DNA from: TPA_inf: Saccharomyces
Taxonomy: Eukaryota
Direction of reading: 5' to 3'
NCBI GenBank assembly: GCA_000146045.2
Contig: BK006948.2
Location: 352,001 to 416,000, forward strand
Length of the DNA stretch: 64,000 bases
Each line of letters opens with the position of its first letter. Position 1 is the first letter of the stretch. A program made the position numbers and the translations under genes. Below are positions 1 through 9,411 of the stretch, piece by piece. The notes beneath the pieces were generated by a model. The model did not search any database. It saw only the letters and a list, made by a program, of their open reading frames with translations, and was not told the origin of the DNA.

Positions 1-1863
1 TCTGGTTTGACCGCCTTAATGGGTGAGTCCGGTGCAGGTAAAACTACTTTGCTGAATGTCTTATCACAAAGAGTTGAGACAGGTGTTGTTAGCGGCGAAA
101 TTTTGATCGATGGCCACCCATTGACAGATGAGGACGCGTTTAAGAGAAGTATTGGTTTTGTTCAACAACAGGATTTGCATCTAGATTTGCTGTCTGTGAA
201 AGAATCTCTGGAAATATCATGTCTTTTGAGAGGTGATGGTGACAGGGCATACTTAGACACTGTTTCAAATTTACTGAAATTGCCATCTGACATTTTAGTC
301 GCTGATTTAAACCCGACTCAAAGGAAGCTTTTATCTATCGGTGTTGAACTTGTTACTAAGCCTTCACTTTTATTATTCCTAGACGAACCAACCTCTGGGC
401 TGGACGCTGAGGCTGCACTAACAATCGTCAAATTTTTAAAACAACTTTCTTTACAGGGTCAGGCTATTTTTTGTACCATTCATCAGCCTAGTAAAAGTGT
501 CATCAGCCATTTTGACAATATTTTCTTATTGAAAAGGGGTGGTGAATGTGTCTTCTTTGGACCAATGGACGATGCCTGCGGCTATTTCATGTCTCATGAC
601 AACACGCTCGTTTACGATAAAGAACATGATAACCCTGCAGATTTCGTCATTGATGCAGTAGGTAACAGTAACTCCTCGGCAGGGAAAGATACAGCGGAGG
701 AAGCTCTTACTTTGAACAAAGAAGCCATAGATTGGAGTGCATTATGGGAATCTTCTGTAGAAAAGAAACTAGTTAAAAAAGAAACAGCTAGGTTAGAAGA
801 TGATGCTCGTGCGTCTGGTGTTGATTACACAACCTCATTGTGGAAGCAGCCTTCCTACTTACAGCAATTAGCTCTTATTACAAGAAGACAATATATTTGT
901 ACGAAAAGAGACATGACTTATGTCATGGCCAAGTACTGTTTGAATGGTGGCGCTGGTTTGTTTATCGGTTTCTCATTTTGGCACATTAAGCATAATATTA
1001 TCGGTTTGCAGGATAGTATCTTCTTCTGTTTCATGGCTCTTTGTGTTTCATCTCCATTGATCAATCAAATTCAGGACAAAGCCTTGAAAACAAAGGAAGT
1101 TTATGTTGCTAGGGAGGCGAGATCTAACACTTATCACTGGACTGTTCTTCTTTTGTCACAGTCAATTATTGAACTACCACTGGCACTTACAAGTTCCACA
1201 CTATTTTTCGTCTGTGCCTTTTTCTCTTGTGGATTTAACAACGCTGGCTGGAGTGCCGGTGTTTTCTTTTTAAACTATATGCTTTTCGCTGCTTATTACT
1301 CGACTCTTGGTTTATGGCTGATCTATACTGCTCCTAATCTACAAACTGCTGCTGTTTTTGTTGCGTTTATTTACAGTTTTACAGCATCATTCTGTGGTGT
1401 TATGCAACCATACTCTTTGTTTCCAACTTTTTGGAAATTCATGTACAGGGTTTCGCCATACACATATTTTGTGGAAACTTTTGTTAGTATTCTATTGCAT
1501 AACTGGGAAATCAAGTGTGACATGTCGGAGATGGTTCCTGGTCAACCTCTGACGGGGCAATCTTGTGGCCAATTTATGGAAGCTTTCATAGAAGAATACG
1601 GTGGCTATCTACATAATAAGAACACTTTCACAGTCTGCGCTTATTGTACGTACACTGTTGGCGATGACTTCCTGAAAAATGAGAATATGAGTTACGACCA
1701 CGTTTGGAGGAACTTTGGTATTGAATGGGCTTTTGTTGGTTTCAATTTCTTTGCGATGTTTGCTGGTTACTACTTAACTTACGTGGCAAGAATATGGCCA
1801 AAGGTCTTTAAAATTATCACCAAAGTAATTCCACACAGAGGGAAGAAGCCTGTACAGAACTAA
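1..1863 (+). CDS. AUS1: C-terminal part (partial at the window edge) of a PDR-family ABC transporter with a second NBD and TMD. It is most consistent with the sterol importer Aus1.
   Basis: The translation shows Walker A GESGAGKTTL, ABC signature-like LSIGVEL, Walker B LLLFLDEPTSGLD, then about 6 hydrophobic TM segments, then a stop at 1861-1863. The frame is open from window position 1. Neighbour order (RTS1, ERP4 downstream) supports AUS1 over its paralog. Confidence 0.75.
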   Translation, partial: SGLTALMGESGAGKTTLLNVLSQRVETGVVSGEILIDGHPLTDEDAFKRSIGFVQQQDLHLDLLSVKESLEISCLLRGDGDRAYLDTVSNLLKLPSDILVADLNPTQRKLLSIGVELVTKPSLLLFLDEPTSGLDAEAALTIVKFLKQLSLQGQAIFCTIHQPSKSVISHFDNIFLLKRGGECVFFGPMDDACGYFMSHDNTLVYDKEHDNPADFVIDAVGNSNSSAGKDTAEEALTLNKEAIDWSALWESSVEKKLVKKETARLEDDARASGVDYTTSLWKQPSYLQQLALITRRQYICTKRDMTYVMAKYCLNGGAGLFIGFSFWHIKHNIIGLQDSIFFCFMALCVSSPLINQIQDKALKTKEVYVAREARSNTYHWTVLLLSQSIIELPLALTSSTLFFVCAFFSCGFNNAGWSAGVFFLNYMLFAAYYSTLGLWLIYTAPNLQTAAVFVAFIYSFTASFCGVMQPYSLFPTFWKFMYRVSPYTYFVETFVSILLHNWEIKCDMSEMVPGQPLTGQSCGQFMEAFIEEYGGYLHNKNTFTVCAYCTYTVGDDFLKNENMSYDHVWRNFGIEWAFVGFNFFAMFAGYYLTYVARIWPKVFKIITKVIPHRGKKPVQN

Positions 1864-2040
1864 TACCATTTTTAAATATATTTCTACTTTCTACTTAATA
1901 GCAATTTTAATTAATCTAATTATTTACAAGTCACCAATGACTGACTAAACAATTGAAAGAGTCCTTTGTACAACAAAAAAAAAGATACTTGTCGCTGACG
2001 CTCAAAAAATATTTATATAGCAAAAGTGCACGACAAAAAA

Positions 2041-2113
2041 TGCTTCCAATCGGATTTGAACCGATGATCTCCACATTACTAGTGTGGCGCCTTACCAACT
2101 TGGCCATAGAAGC
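2041..2113 (-). tRNA. tRNA-Thr (anticodon AGU), 73 nt, no intron, no encoded CCA.
   Basis: The reverse complement reads GCTTCTATGGCCAAGTTGGTAAGGCGCCACACTAGTAATGTGGAGATCATCGGTTCAAATCCGATTGGAAGCA. The acceptor stem is GCTTCTA/TGGAAGC. The anticodon stem is CCACA/TGTGG with loop CTAGTAA, giving anticodon AGT. The T-arm carries GGTTCAAATCC (B box). Confidence 0.85.
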
Positions 2114-2128
2114 AGTAAACCGTTATTT

Positions 2129-2467
2129 TGTTGTTTCTCAGAGTGGTACACGTCAGTATGACAATACATCATCCTAAAACGTTCATATGAAACAACCTTA
2201 TAACAAAACGAACAGAATGAGCAACATGACATATAACTTCGCCTCCCTTAGCTTAACCACCCAAACGTATAGACGCCTGAGCAATTAATTTAGATCCGAG
2301 GTTCGGCGCTTCCACCAATTAATATGATCCATATTTTATATAATATATAGGATAAGTAACATCCCATGAAAAGCTGATAATCCGTTCTGACAACTGGTTA
2401 CTTCCATTGACTGTTTATATTGGGATTTTCAAGACACCCCGGTATTACTCGTACCCGTAAAACAACA
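2129..2467 (+). mobile_element. Solo Ty3 LTR (sigma element), about 339 bp, positioned 15 nt upstream of the tRNA-Thr 5' end.
   Basis: It starts TGTTGTTTCTCAGAG...GTCAGTATGACAATAC and ends ...CCGGTATTACTCGTACCCGTAAAACAACA. This is collinear with the canonical sigma sequence recalled from memory (TGTTGTATCTCAAAATGAGATATGTCAGTATGACAATACGTCA ... TATTACTCGAGCCCGTAATACAACA). Placement about 16 bp upstream of a Pol III gene is the Ty3 integration hallmark. Confidence 0.75.
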
Positions 2468-2681
2468 TACACTTCGTCATGACTGAGAAGAATATAGGAG
2501 TAAAAAGAATACCTGAACTAACAGATATAATCAGCATCATGTTTTTTAAGCGAGAATACAGAAATATTCAAATTAAGATAGGCAACAAGGATTAGTTTAA
2601 ATCTGAAAATCTTTTAAGATTAGGTACCTAATTTAGCTATATTGCTTTATGATTAGTTATAACGTCATTGGAGGAACAAAC

Positions 2682-3050
2682 TATTGGAATAAGAATCGAC
2701 TATAATCTACCGGCGAGTATTCATAAGCTATTATATTGTGGTAGACGGAGTAGAAAGATAAAAAAGGATTGAAAACAGTCATCTGATTTAATGGAAGCTG
2801 AAATGCAAGATTTAATAATGTAATAGGATAATGAATGACAACATAAAAAATAGAAGAAATAATAATAGTAACATTATGTGGAAATATGGGTTTCCTTGGC
2901 AGGTTCCTATATCCTTGAGAAAGAGCTTCTAATATATTTTGTATATTTAGTATTATAACTAAGCTGTTAGAAAATAAAATACCGCTAAATCAATTGAGGC
3001 GGTATTAAATACCTGTACATTTGAATATTTGGAATGAGAAAGAAATATAG
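2682..3050 (+). mobile_element. Diverged solo Ty1/Ty2 delta LTR.
   Basis: It begins TATTGGAATAAGAATCGACTAT (canonical TGTTGGAATAGAAATCAACTAT). Internal matches include GTCATCTGATTTAATGGAAGCTGAAATGCAAG and TTCCTATATCCTTGAGAAAGAGCTTCTAATATAT. The 3' boundary is approximate. Confidence 0.5.
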
Positions 3051-3081
3051 TTACATAATGTACAAAAAAGAAGCAAGAAAG

Positions 3082-3083
<2 letters not shown>

Positions 3084-3115
<32 letters not shown>
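3084..3115. repeat. (TA)16 dinucleotide microsatellite.
   Basis: There is an uninterrupted run of alternating AT bases for 32 nt. Confidence 0.95.
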
Positions 3116-3121
<6 letters not shown>

Positions 3122-3139
3122 TGTTATTTAGAATATCTC

Positions 3140-3330
3140 TCTCTCTTCGAGAATCTCTATATCCTCGAAAAGAACTTTTAGCATATTCACGATAGGTCGT
3201 ATTATCAATTAAATCAATTACGAAGTTCGGAAGTTATTGCCTACATAATATGATGTCCTGTTCATAAAAATAGAGCCCTAAGAAGTGTTATTAAATTTAA
3301 CCAGCCTACAAATTAAATATAAAATGAGTG
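3140..3330 (+). mobile_element. Second, fragmentary delta-like LTR remnant (3' portion).
   Basis: GAATCTCTATATCCTCGAAAAGAACTTTTAGCATATTCACGATAGG resembles the delta segment TCCTATATCCTCGAGGAGAACTTCTAGTATATCTACATACC. Downstream similarity is weak and the boundaries are uncertain. Confidence 0.3.
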
Positions 3331-4536
3331 TTATTGTTCCACCGACTTGAATAATTGTACAACTTTAGCTAACATTTTAACTAATATTTTAACGCATCTT
3401 ATTATCAAGTATTGTAACAATACGTATCATCTTACTATCTCAATGGAAGCATTCTCTTATACATACTGAGTCAAATATCTTGAAGACTCATTATAATGTG
3501 TAATAAAAGGACAAAGCAGCGTAGAAGCCTTAAATAACTATGCACTTGGACACATGTCTTCTCACGACGTGTTCAAATATAATGATTTTTCAATCAGCTT
3601 TGAAGTTCAATACAAACTTCTTCACTAAAGGATAATAAGCAATCATTATTAATGGCAAAATCGGTTTTCAATTTCTTTCATTTTGAAATATTGGAGTATT
3701 TAAACCGTTTTGTGTATCATTCACAATACTTTCTTCCATACTACTGCTCTCTTGAAGTTCTTGGGAAGAGCCGAAAAAATTGGACATTTCAATATTGGTG
3801 CTTATACATTACTACTGACAAGAAGATAATAAAAAAGAAAGATTTCTATCACCGATAGTGAGCTCTTTAGAAAACTGAACGCAATAAATTTTATGCCTCA
3901 TAACGTCTTGGGGCGCGAGAATTTACTGACGTAAACAGATCCGGCTCAAAAAGTCGTCTTTACCTTTCTATCATCTCGTCGCATAATTATTAAATTAACT
4001 CACAATTTCTCACAATTTATATCATGCCTTTTTTGTCAGTTCGTGGCCTTGCCAGTGGAGATATAACAACTACTTCGTAAAGGGTCCCGAAAGAAATGAA
4101 AGAATTACTCATTTGATATAAAAATTTGCATGGTATAACAGAAGTGAAACGCGGGGACAACCATGATCTTTTTTGAGTAGGATAATTTTTTATGTCGGTT
4201 TGATATATTATAAAGCAAGTCATATATAATATCATACTGATTTTAACCAAACGATAATCAATCAGAAAAAGAAAATAAATAAAAAATCTAGCACATAGTA
4301 TTTCAGTACCCTTATGGTTCTGACCTCAGAAATTATTCAGCCGCTTGTTATCTTATAGTACGTTTTATATCGTAATTTTCCTGACATTTTGGGCAGAAAT
4401 CCTTTACTCCTGATATAATAAACGACGTTTTTTTTCCTGTGTTTTTTATGTTACTATAAGAAATGCAAAAAAAGAAACAATAGAAAAAGGCAGTGACAAA
4501 AATACTAATCAGAACGTTGAAAACAAATCAATAGTT

Positions 4537-4956
4537 TTGATAATGGTAGCATCATCGATCAATGAAGAATCCTCTTTGGCGGTAAACTTGACAAGCGATG
4601 TAGAGAAGGCTTCGAAAACTTTGTTTAAGGCATTCGAAAAGTCATACGCAAATGACTACTTGATGAAAAAGTTCTTCCATATCCCAATCACTGAAAAAGT
4701 TTCAAGGGCAAGAATAAATGCAATGATACATTACTACACGACGTGCTACCATGACTTGGATGGTGAAATTGCTGAGGCAAATGATTTCGATGCAGTCGCA
4801 ATATGGAGCCGCCCTGGGTGCCACTTGCCTGCTACACTATCTGACGACGAGTCTTTCAATAAGATTTTTTTTTCACGACTTGACTGTGAGGAAGCACGAA
4901 GTCATGCCTCTGGGAATGGACTATTACTACCTTTATGCCATCGGAAAAGATCCTAG
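4537..4956 (+). CDS. Small uncharacterised protein (YOR012W-like). This is the upstream half of a frame-split gene (see findings).
   Basis: The ORF is 139 codons from the track start, and ATG codons occur at codons 1 and 3. It ends about 85 nt after a T9 run where a +1-frame ORF continues with protein-like sequence. Confidence 0.5.
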   Translation: MIMVASSINEESSLAVNLTSDVEKASKTLFKAFEKSYANDYLMKKFFHIPITEKVSRARINAMIHYYTTCYHDLDGEIAEANDFDAVAIWSRPGCHLPATLSDDESFNKIFFSRLDCEEARSHASGNGLLLPLCHRKRS

Positions 4957-5221
4957 CCATCCCGAAATTAGAGGTTCAGTCAGAAAAATACTCGAAAAAT
5001 ATAAAACCAAAGCAGACAAGGCCAATTGCGCCCTTGCTCTCGAGGCTATTTCGGAGCACGCAAGATCTGTGTACGAATATTTCGGTTTCAAAACCTATTT
5101 GGTGTTTCAGTTCGGGGTTGGAGAAGTGAACTCCAAAGGAGAACCCGATCCGCAGGGGAAGGGATTCACGGCCTACTTGATGCTCTACCACAAAGATGCA
5201 GACACCATCTTTCACGCCTGA
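4874..5221 (+). pseudogene. Downstream, +1-frame continuation of the YOR012W-like gene, corresponding to the dubious overlapping ORF YOR013W/IRC11 (the track shows this frame open from 4751).
   Basis: The frame beginning immediately after the T9 run reads HDLTVRKHEVMPLGMDYYYLYAIGKDPSHPEIRGSVRKILEKYKTKADKANCALALEAISEHARSVYEYFGFK..., which looks like non-random protein sequence. Removing 1 T joins it to the upstream ORF. Confidence 0.4.
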
Positions 5222-5673
5222 TTTTCTTCTAAAAATTTTATAGACATTTATTGTATGTATGGAGCATATAGCAACAATAAAACTTAGACCAACATTTTTT
5301 GCCGGGTCACAACCCCCTATCCCGGCTGCGAGAAAGGAAAAAAAAAAGTATCAGACAATTGATTATCAAAGAGTATGTGAAACTACGCTTTGTTTTCCAC
5401 TTCAATTGGTAGGCATGTCAATACGTCTCGTTTCTTCATTGGAAAACTCTTCATTTCAAGGATAAACCATCGTCGCCGTAAGTATTTTGGGTTTCATTTC
5501 CTTCCCCCCTCGATTTTGCTTTTTTTTCCTTTTTTTGTTAGATAAAAATATAAACCCTTCTCCATATACCTGTTCACCTCAATACCGTCTTTAACTGGCT
5601 TTTTTATTTTGTATAAAAGTTCTACTTATTAAGATCAATAGGCACGTGCTATTTTCGAACATCCACTTTCAAT

Positions 5674-7947
5674 ATGATGCGTGGTTTCAAGCAAAGATTA
5701 ATAAAGAAGACCACCGGGTCTTCTTCTTCTTCAAGCAGTAAAAAGAAGGACAAAGAGAAGGAAAAAGAAAAAAGTTCCACTACCTCATCCACATCAAAGA
5801 AGCCCGCTTCGGCTAGTAGCTCTTCCCACGGGACTACTCACAGTTCTGCCAGCAGTACCGGATCAAAGTCTACAACTGAGAAGGGCAAGCAATCTGGTAG
5901 TGTTCCCTCGCAAGGGAAGCATCATAGTAGCTCTACATCAAAAACAAAAACAGCGACGACCCCTTCTTCCAGCAGCAGTAGCAGTAGAAGTTCAAGTGTC
6001 AGTCGCTCCGGTTCAAGCTCCACAAAGAAAACAAGTTCAAGAAAAGGACAAGAACAGTCCAAACAATCGCAACAGCCATCACAATCTCAAAAGCAAGGAT
6101 CTTCTTCATCATCTGCCGCTATAATGAACCCCACTCCAGTACTCACTGTTACTAAGGACGACAAAAGCACTTCTGGTGAAGATCATGCACATCCTACTTT
6201 GCTGGGGGCAGTATCCGCTGTTCCATCATCTCCCATTTCAAATGCTTCAGGTACAGCAGTTTCTTCTGATGTAGAAAATGGTAATAGTAATAATAACAAT
6301 ATGAATATTAATACTAGTAATACTCAGGATGCAAACCACGCCTCCTCACAAAGTATCGACATTCCGAGATCATCACACTCATTTGAGAGACTACCAACAC
6401 CCACAAAACTTAACCCTGACACAGATTTAGAGTTAATTAAGACTCCCCAACGTCATTCTTCATCTAGATTCGAGCCATCTAGATATACGCCATTAACGAA
6501 ATTGCCAAATTTTAATGAAGTTTCTCCTGAAGAAAGAATCCCTTTGTTCATTGCCAAAGTTGACCAGTGTAACACTATGTTTGACTTTAATGATCCAAGT
6601 TTTGACATTCAAGGTAAAGAGATTAAAAGAAGCACCTTAGATGAGCTAATAGAATTCCTTGTAACAAATAGGTTCACTTACACGAATGAGATGTACGCTC
6701 ATGTGGTGAACATGTTCAAAATCAATCTGTTTAGACCTATTCCACCACCAGTAAATCCAGTTGGTGACATTTATGACCCAGATGAAGATGAACCTGTTAA
6801 CGAACTAGCCTGGCCTCATATGCAAGCTGTTTACGAATTCTTTTTAAGGTTTGTGGAAAGTCCTGATTTCAATCATCAGATTGCTAAACAATATATTGAT
6901 CAGGACTTTATTTTAAAGTTACTGGAATTATTTGATAGCGAAGATATCAGAGAAAGAGACTGTTTGAAAACGACACTGCATAGAATATATGGGAAGTTCT
7001 TATCATTAAGAAGCTTTATTCGTCGGTCGATGAATAATATTTTTTTGCAATTTATTTATGAGACTGAGAAGTTTAACGGTGTGGCAGAATTGTTAGAAAT
7101 TTTGGGTTCCATAATTAATGGATTTGCACTTCCATTAAAGGAAGAGCACAAGGTTTTCTTGGTGAGGATATTGATACCATTACACAAGGTCCGTTGTTTA
7201 TCATTATACCACCCTCAGTTGGCTTACTGTATCGTTCAATTTCTCGAAAAAGATCCTTTATTAACCGAAGAGGTAGTTATGGGCTTACTGCGTTATTGGC
7301 CAAAAATAAATTCCACAAAAGAGATAATGTTTCTAAATGAAATCGAGGATATTTTTGAAGTGATCGAACCGCTGGAATTTATTAAAGTAGAAGTTCCGTT
7401 ATTTGTTCAATTAGCTAAGTGTATTTCTTCTCCACATTTCCAAGTGGCGGAAAAGGTTTTAAGTTATTGGAATAATGAATATTTCTTAAACTTATGTATC
7501 GAAAATGCCGAAGTCATCCTACCCATTATATTTCCTGCATTATATGAATTAACTTCTCAGTTAGAGCTAGATACAGCAAATGGCGAAGATAGCATTTCAG
7601 ACCCTTACATGCTTGTTGAGCAAGCAATCAATTCTGGTTCGTGGAATAGGGCAATTCATGCTATGGCATTCAAGGCATTGAAAATTTTTCTGGAAACAAA
7701 CCCAGTATTGTACGAAAACTGTAATGCATTGTACTTATCAAGTGTAAAAGAAACTCAACAGCGTAAGGTGCAACGTGAAGAAAATTGGAGCAAACTTGAA
7801 GAATATGTAAAAAATCTAAGGATTAACAATGATAAGGACCAATACACAATCAAAAACCCAGAATTAAGAAACAGTTTCAACACAGCAAGTGAGAATAACA
7901 CATTAAATGAAGAGAACGAAAATGATTGTGACAGCGAGATACAGTGA
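5674..7947 (+). CDS. RTS1: PP2A B56 (B') regulatory subunit, 757 aa. It has a Ser/Thr-rich low-complexity N-terminus followed by the conserved B56 core.
   Basis: The N-terminus reads [33 protein letters not shown]. The conserved B56 segment includes ...[18 protein letters not shown]...[13 protein letters not shown].... The length matches. Confidence 0.9.
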   Translation: MMRGFKQRLIKKTTGSSSSSSSKKKDKEKEKEKSSTTSSTSKKPASASSSSHGTTHSSASSTGSKSTTEKGKQSGSVPSQGKHHSSSTSKTKTATTPSSSSSSSRSSSVSRSGSSSTKKTSSRKGQEQSKQSQQPSQSQKQGSSSSSAAIMNPTPVLTVTKDDKSTSGEDHAHPTLLGAVSAVPSSPISNASGTAVSSDVENGNSNNNNMNINTSNTQDANHASSQSIDIPRSSHSFERLPTPTKLNPDTDLELIKTPQRHSSSRFEPSRYTPLTKLPNFNEVSPEERIPLFIAKVDQCNTMFDFNDPSFDIQGKEIKRSTLDELIEFLVTNRFTYTNEMYAHVVNMFKINLFRPIPPPVNPVGDIYDPDEDEPVNELAWPHMQAVYEFFLRFVESPDFNHQIAKQYIDQDFILKLLELFDSEDIRERDCLKTTLHRIYGKFLSLRSFIRRSMNNIFLQFIYETEKFNGVAELLEILGSIINGFALPLKEEHKVFLVRILIPLHKVRCLSLYHPQLAYCIVQFLEKDPLLTEEVVMGLLRYWPKINSTKEIMFLNEIEDIFEVIEPLEFIKVEVPLFVQLAKCISSPHFQVAEKVLSYWNNEYFLNLCIENAEVILPIIFPALYELTSQLELDTANGEDSISDPYMLVEQAINSGSWNRAIHAMAFKALKIFLETNPVLYENCNALYLSSVKETQQRKVQREENWSKLEEYVKNLRINNDKDQYTIKNPELRNSFNTASENNTLNEENENDCDSEIQ

Positions 7948-8460
7948 AACAGCAATTCATTACAAGCTCGAAGAAGTGAGGAAGTTTAGGGCATGCCACA
8001 TTTCAAAAGAGCAGCAGTATATGAAGAGCAAAAAAGAACTGGTAAATGGGGTCAACTTGTTGAAGAAACCAAAGATAGAATCCCCGAATATTCGAACAAA
8101 ACTATAGCAAAGATAAGCCACTTGGACAATGGTTGTTTGTGGCCTGAGATAAAGGTCTCTTTTTCTCATCATTTGAGCATACTTCAATCGATGTGTCTTC
8201 ATTTTATTATTTCTATACTTTTCTCCAAATATATCTTCGTTTTTCTTTTCGCTTTCCTTCTTCCTTCTGCCTTTCCTCTATTTATTTTGCACTCCACTCT
8301 TTTCCGTAAACCTTGCCTATCTATTATTGGATTTTTGAAAACTAAAGTATAAAGGTATGTCATAAATAATTAAATAACAAAAAAAATAGGATCATGATAC
8401 AAAAAAGTGCCTTCCCCTTAGCACAGCTGATCCAACAATTTTAAGAGCTTGAAAAGCAAC

Positions 8461-9084
8461 CTATACGTAGTTTTTTTGGCGACTGGTAAAAAAGAACTGA
8501 ATAATTAATGCCTGCACTATACTGATACCAACCATTACCCCCATAATTAGTAATGAGAGCCATGTTAATCTTGACTCAGTAGAACTCACAGTATACATGT
8601 TTCTCCATTCTCTAGCCCTTAAATAATCCATTGTTTTGGTGATCTTATTCAGGTTCCTATCAATTTCCTCGATGGCGTTGTTTGCGATTATGTCCTCTTT
8701 GCTTTCATGGGAAGAAACAATTTCCTTTTCCTTTTCGAGGGTGATTTCAACTTTCTTTGGGGAAGTGCCGTAGTTATTACTCAAACAGAAAGTGTACTTA
8801 CCTATACCAAACGACTTCAGTAGAAAATCAGAATGCTTCTTTTGTCTTTCAGTGACGATAACAGAGCCATCAGGGGCGGTAATATCGAAGTCTATCTCGA
8901 AATTCCCACCTGTCAAAACTTGGTAACTGACCACAAGGACATCTTTATCAGAGGATAAATCATAGTAAAGACATTCTTTGGTAAAAGCAGGTAATGATAT
9001 GCCTACAGGAGCATAATTAGAGGAGAATGCATGTGTTAACAAAGATGAACTAAACAAAATCGCAATCAAAGTAAAAACGCGCAT
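8461..9084 (-). CDS. ERP4: p24/emp24 family cargo receptor (GOLD domain), 207 aa.
   Basis: It has an N-terminal signal peptide (MRVFTLIAILFSSSLLTHA) and a lumenal GOLD-like region. A coiled segment follows, then a C-terminal TM helix with a short tail ending ...QFFFTSRQKNYV, as is typical of p24 proteins. Confidence 0.75.
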   Translation of the reverse strand: MRVFTLIAILFSSSLLTHAFSSNYAPVGISLPAFTKECLYYDLSSDKDVLVVSYQVLTGGNFEIDFDITAPDGSVIVTERQKKHSDFLLKSFGIGKYTFCLSNNYGTSPKKVEITLEKEKEIVSSHESKEDIIANNAIEEIDRNLNKITKTMDYLRAREWRNMYTVSSTESRLTWLSLLIMGVMVGISIVQALIIQFFFTSRQKNYV

Positions 9085-9411
9085 AATTCCTAGCGATGAT
9101 TGGGAATATATATTTATGAAAAAACTTCACTAGCGCTCGTGAAACTACTTCAAAGGCAGCTGGGAAATAAATGTCTTCAAAGCAGAGAAGAGTTCCCAAA
9201 TAGAATTCTCAGATCGTCAATCGCTCATCTTTGAGTATATCACGTCAAAAAACAGGAAACAGTGAAAAAAAAGTAGTCCATAATAAAGCGCGTTTCCGTC
9301 AATGCCGTTGGTTAATAAAGAAACAAATATGTAAAAATATAATATAAACAGGGCACTTGAGAGAGCACAAAAAAGAGCCAAACGCTACCTGATACTTTTA
9401 TAGTTTTGATA

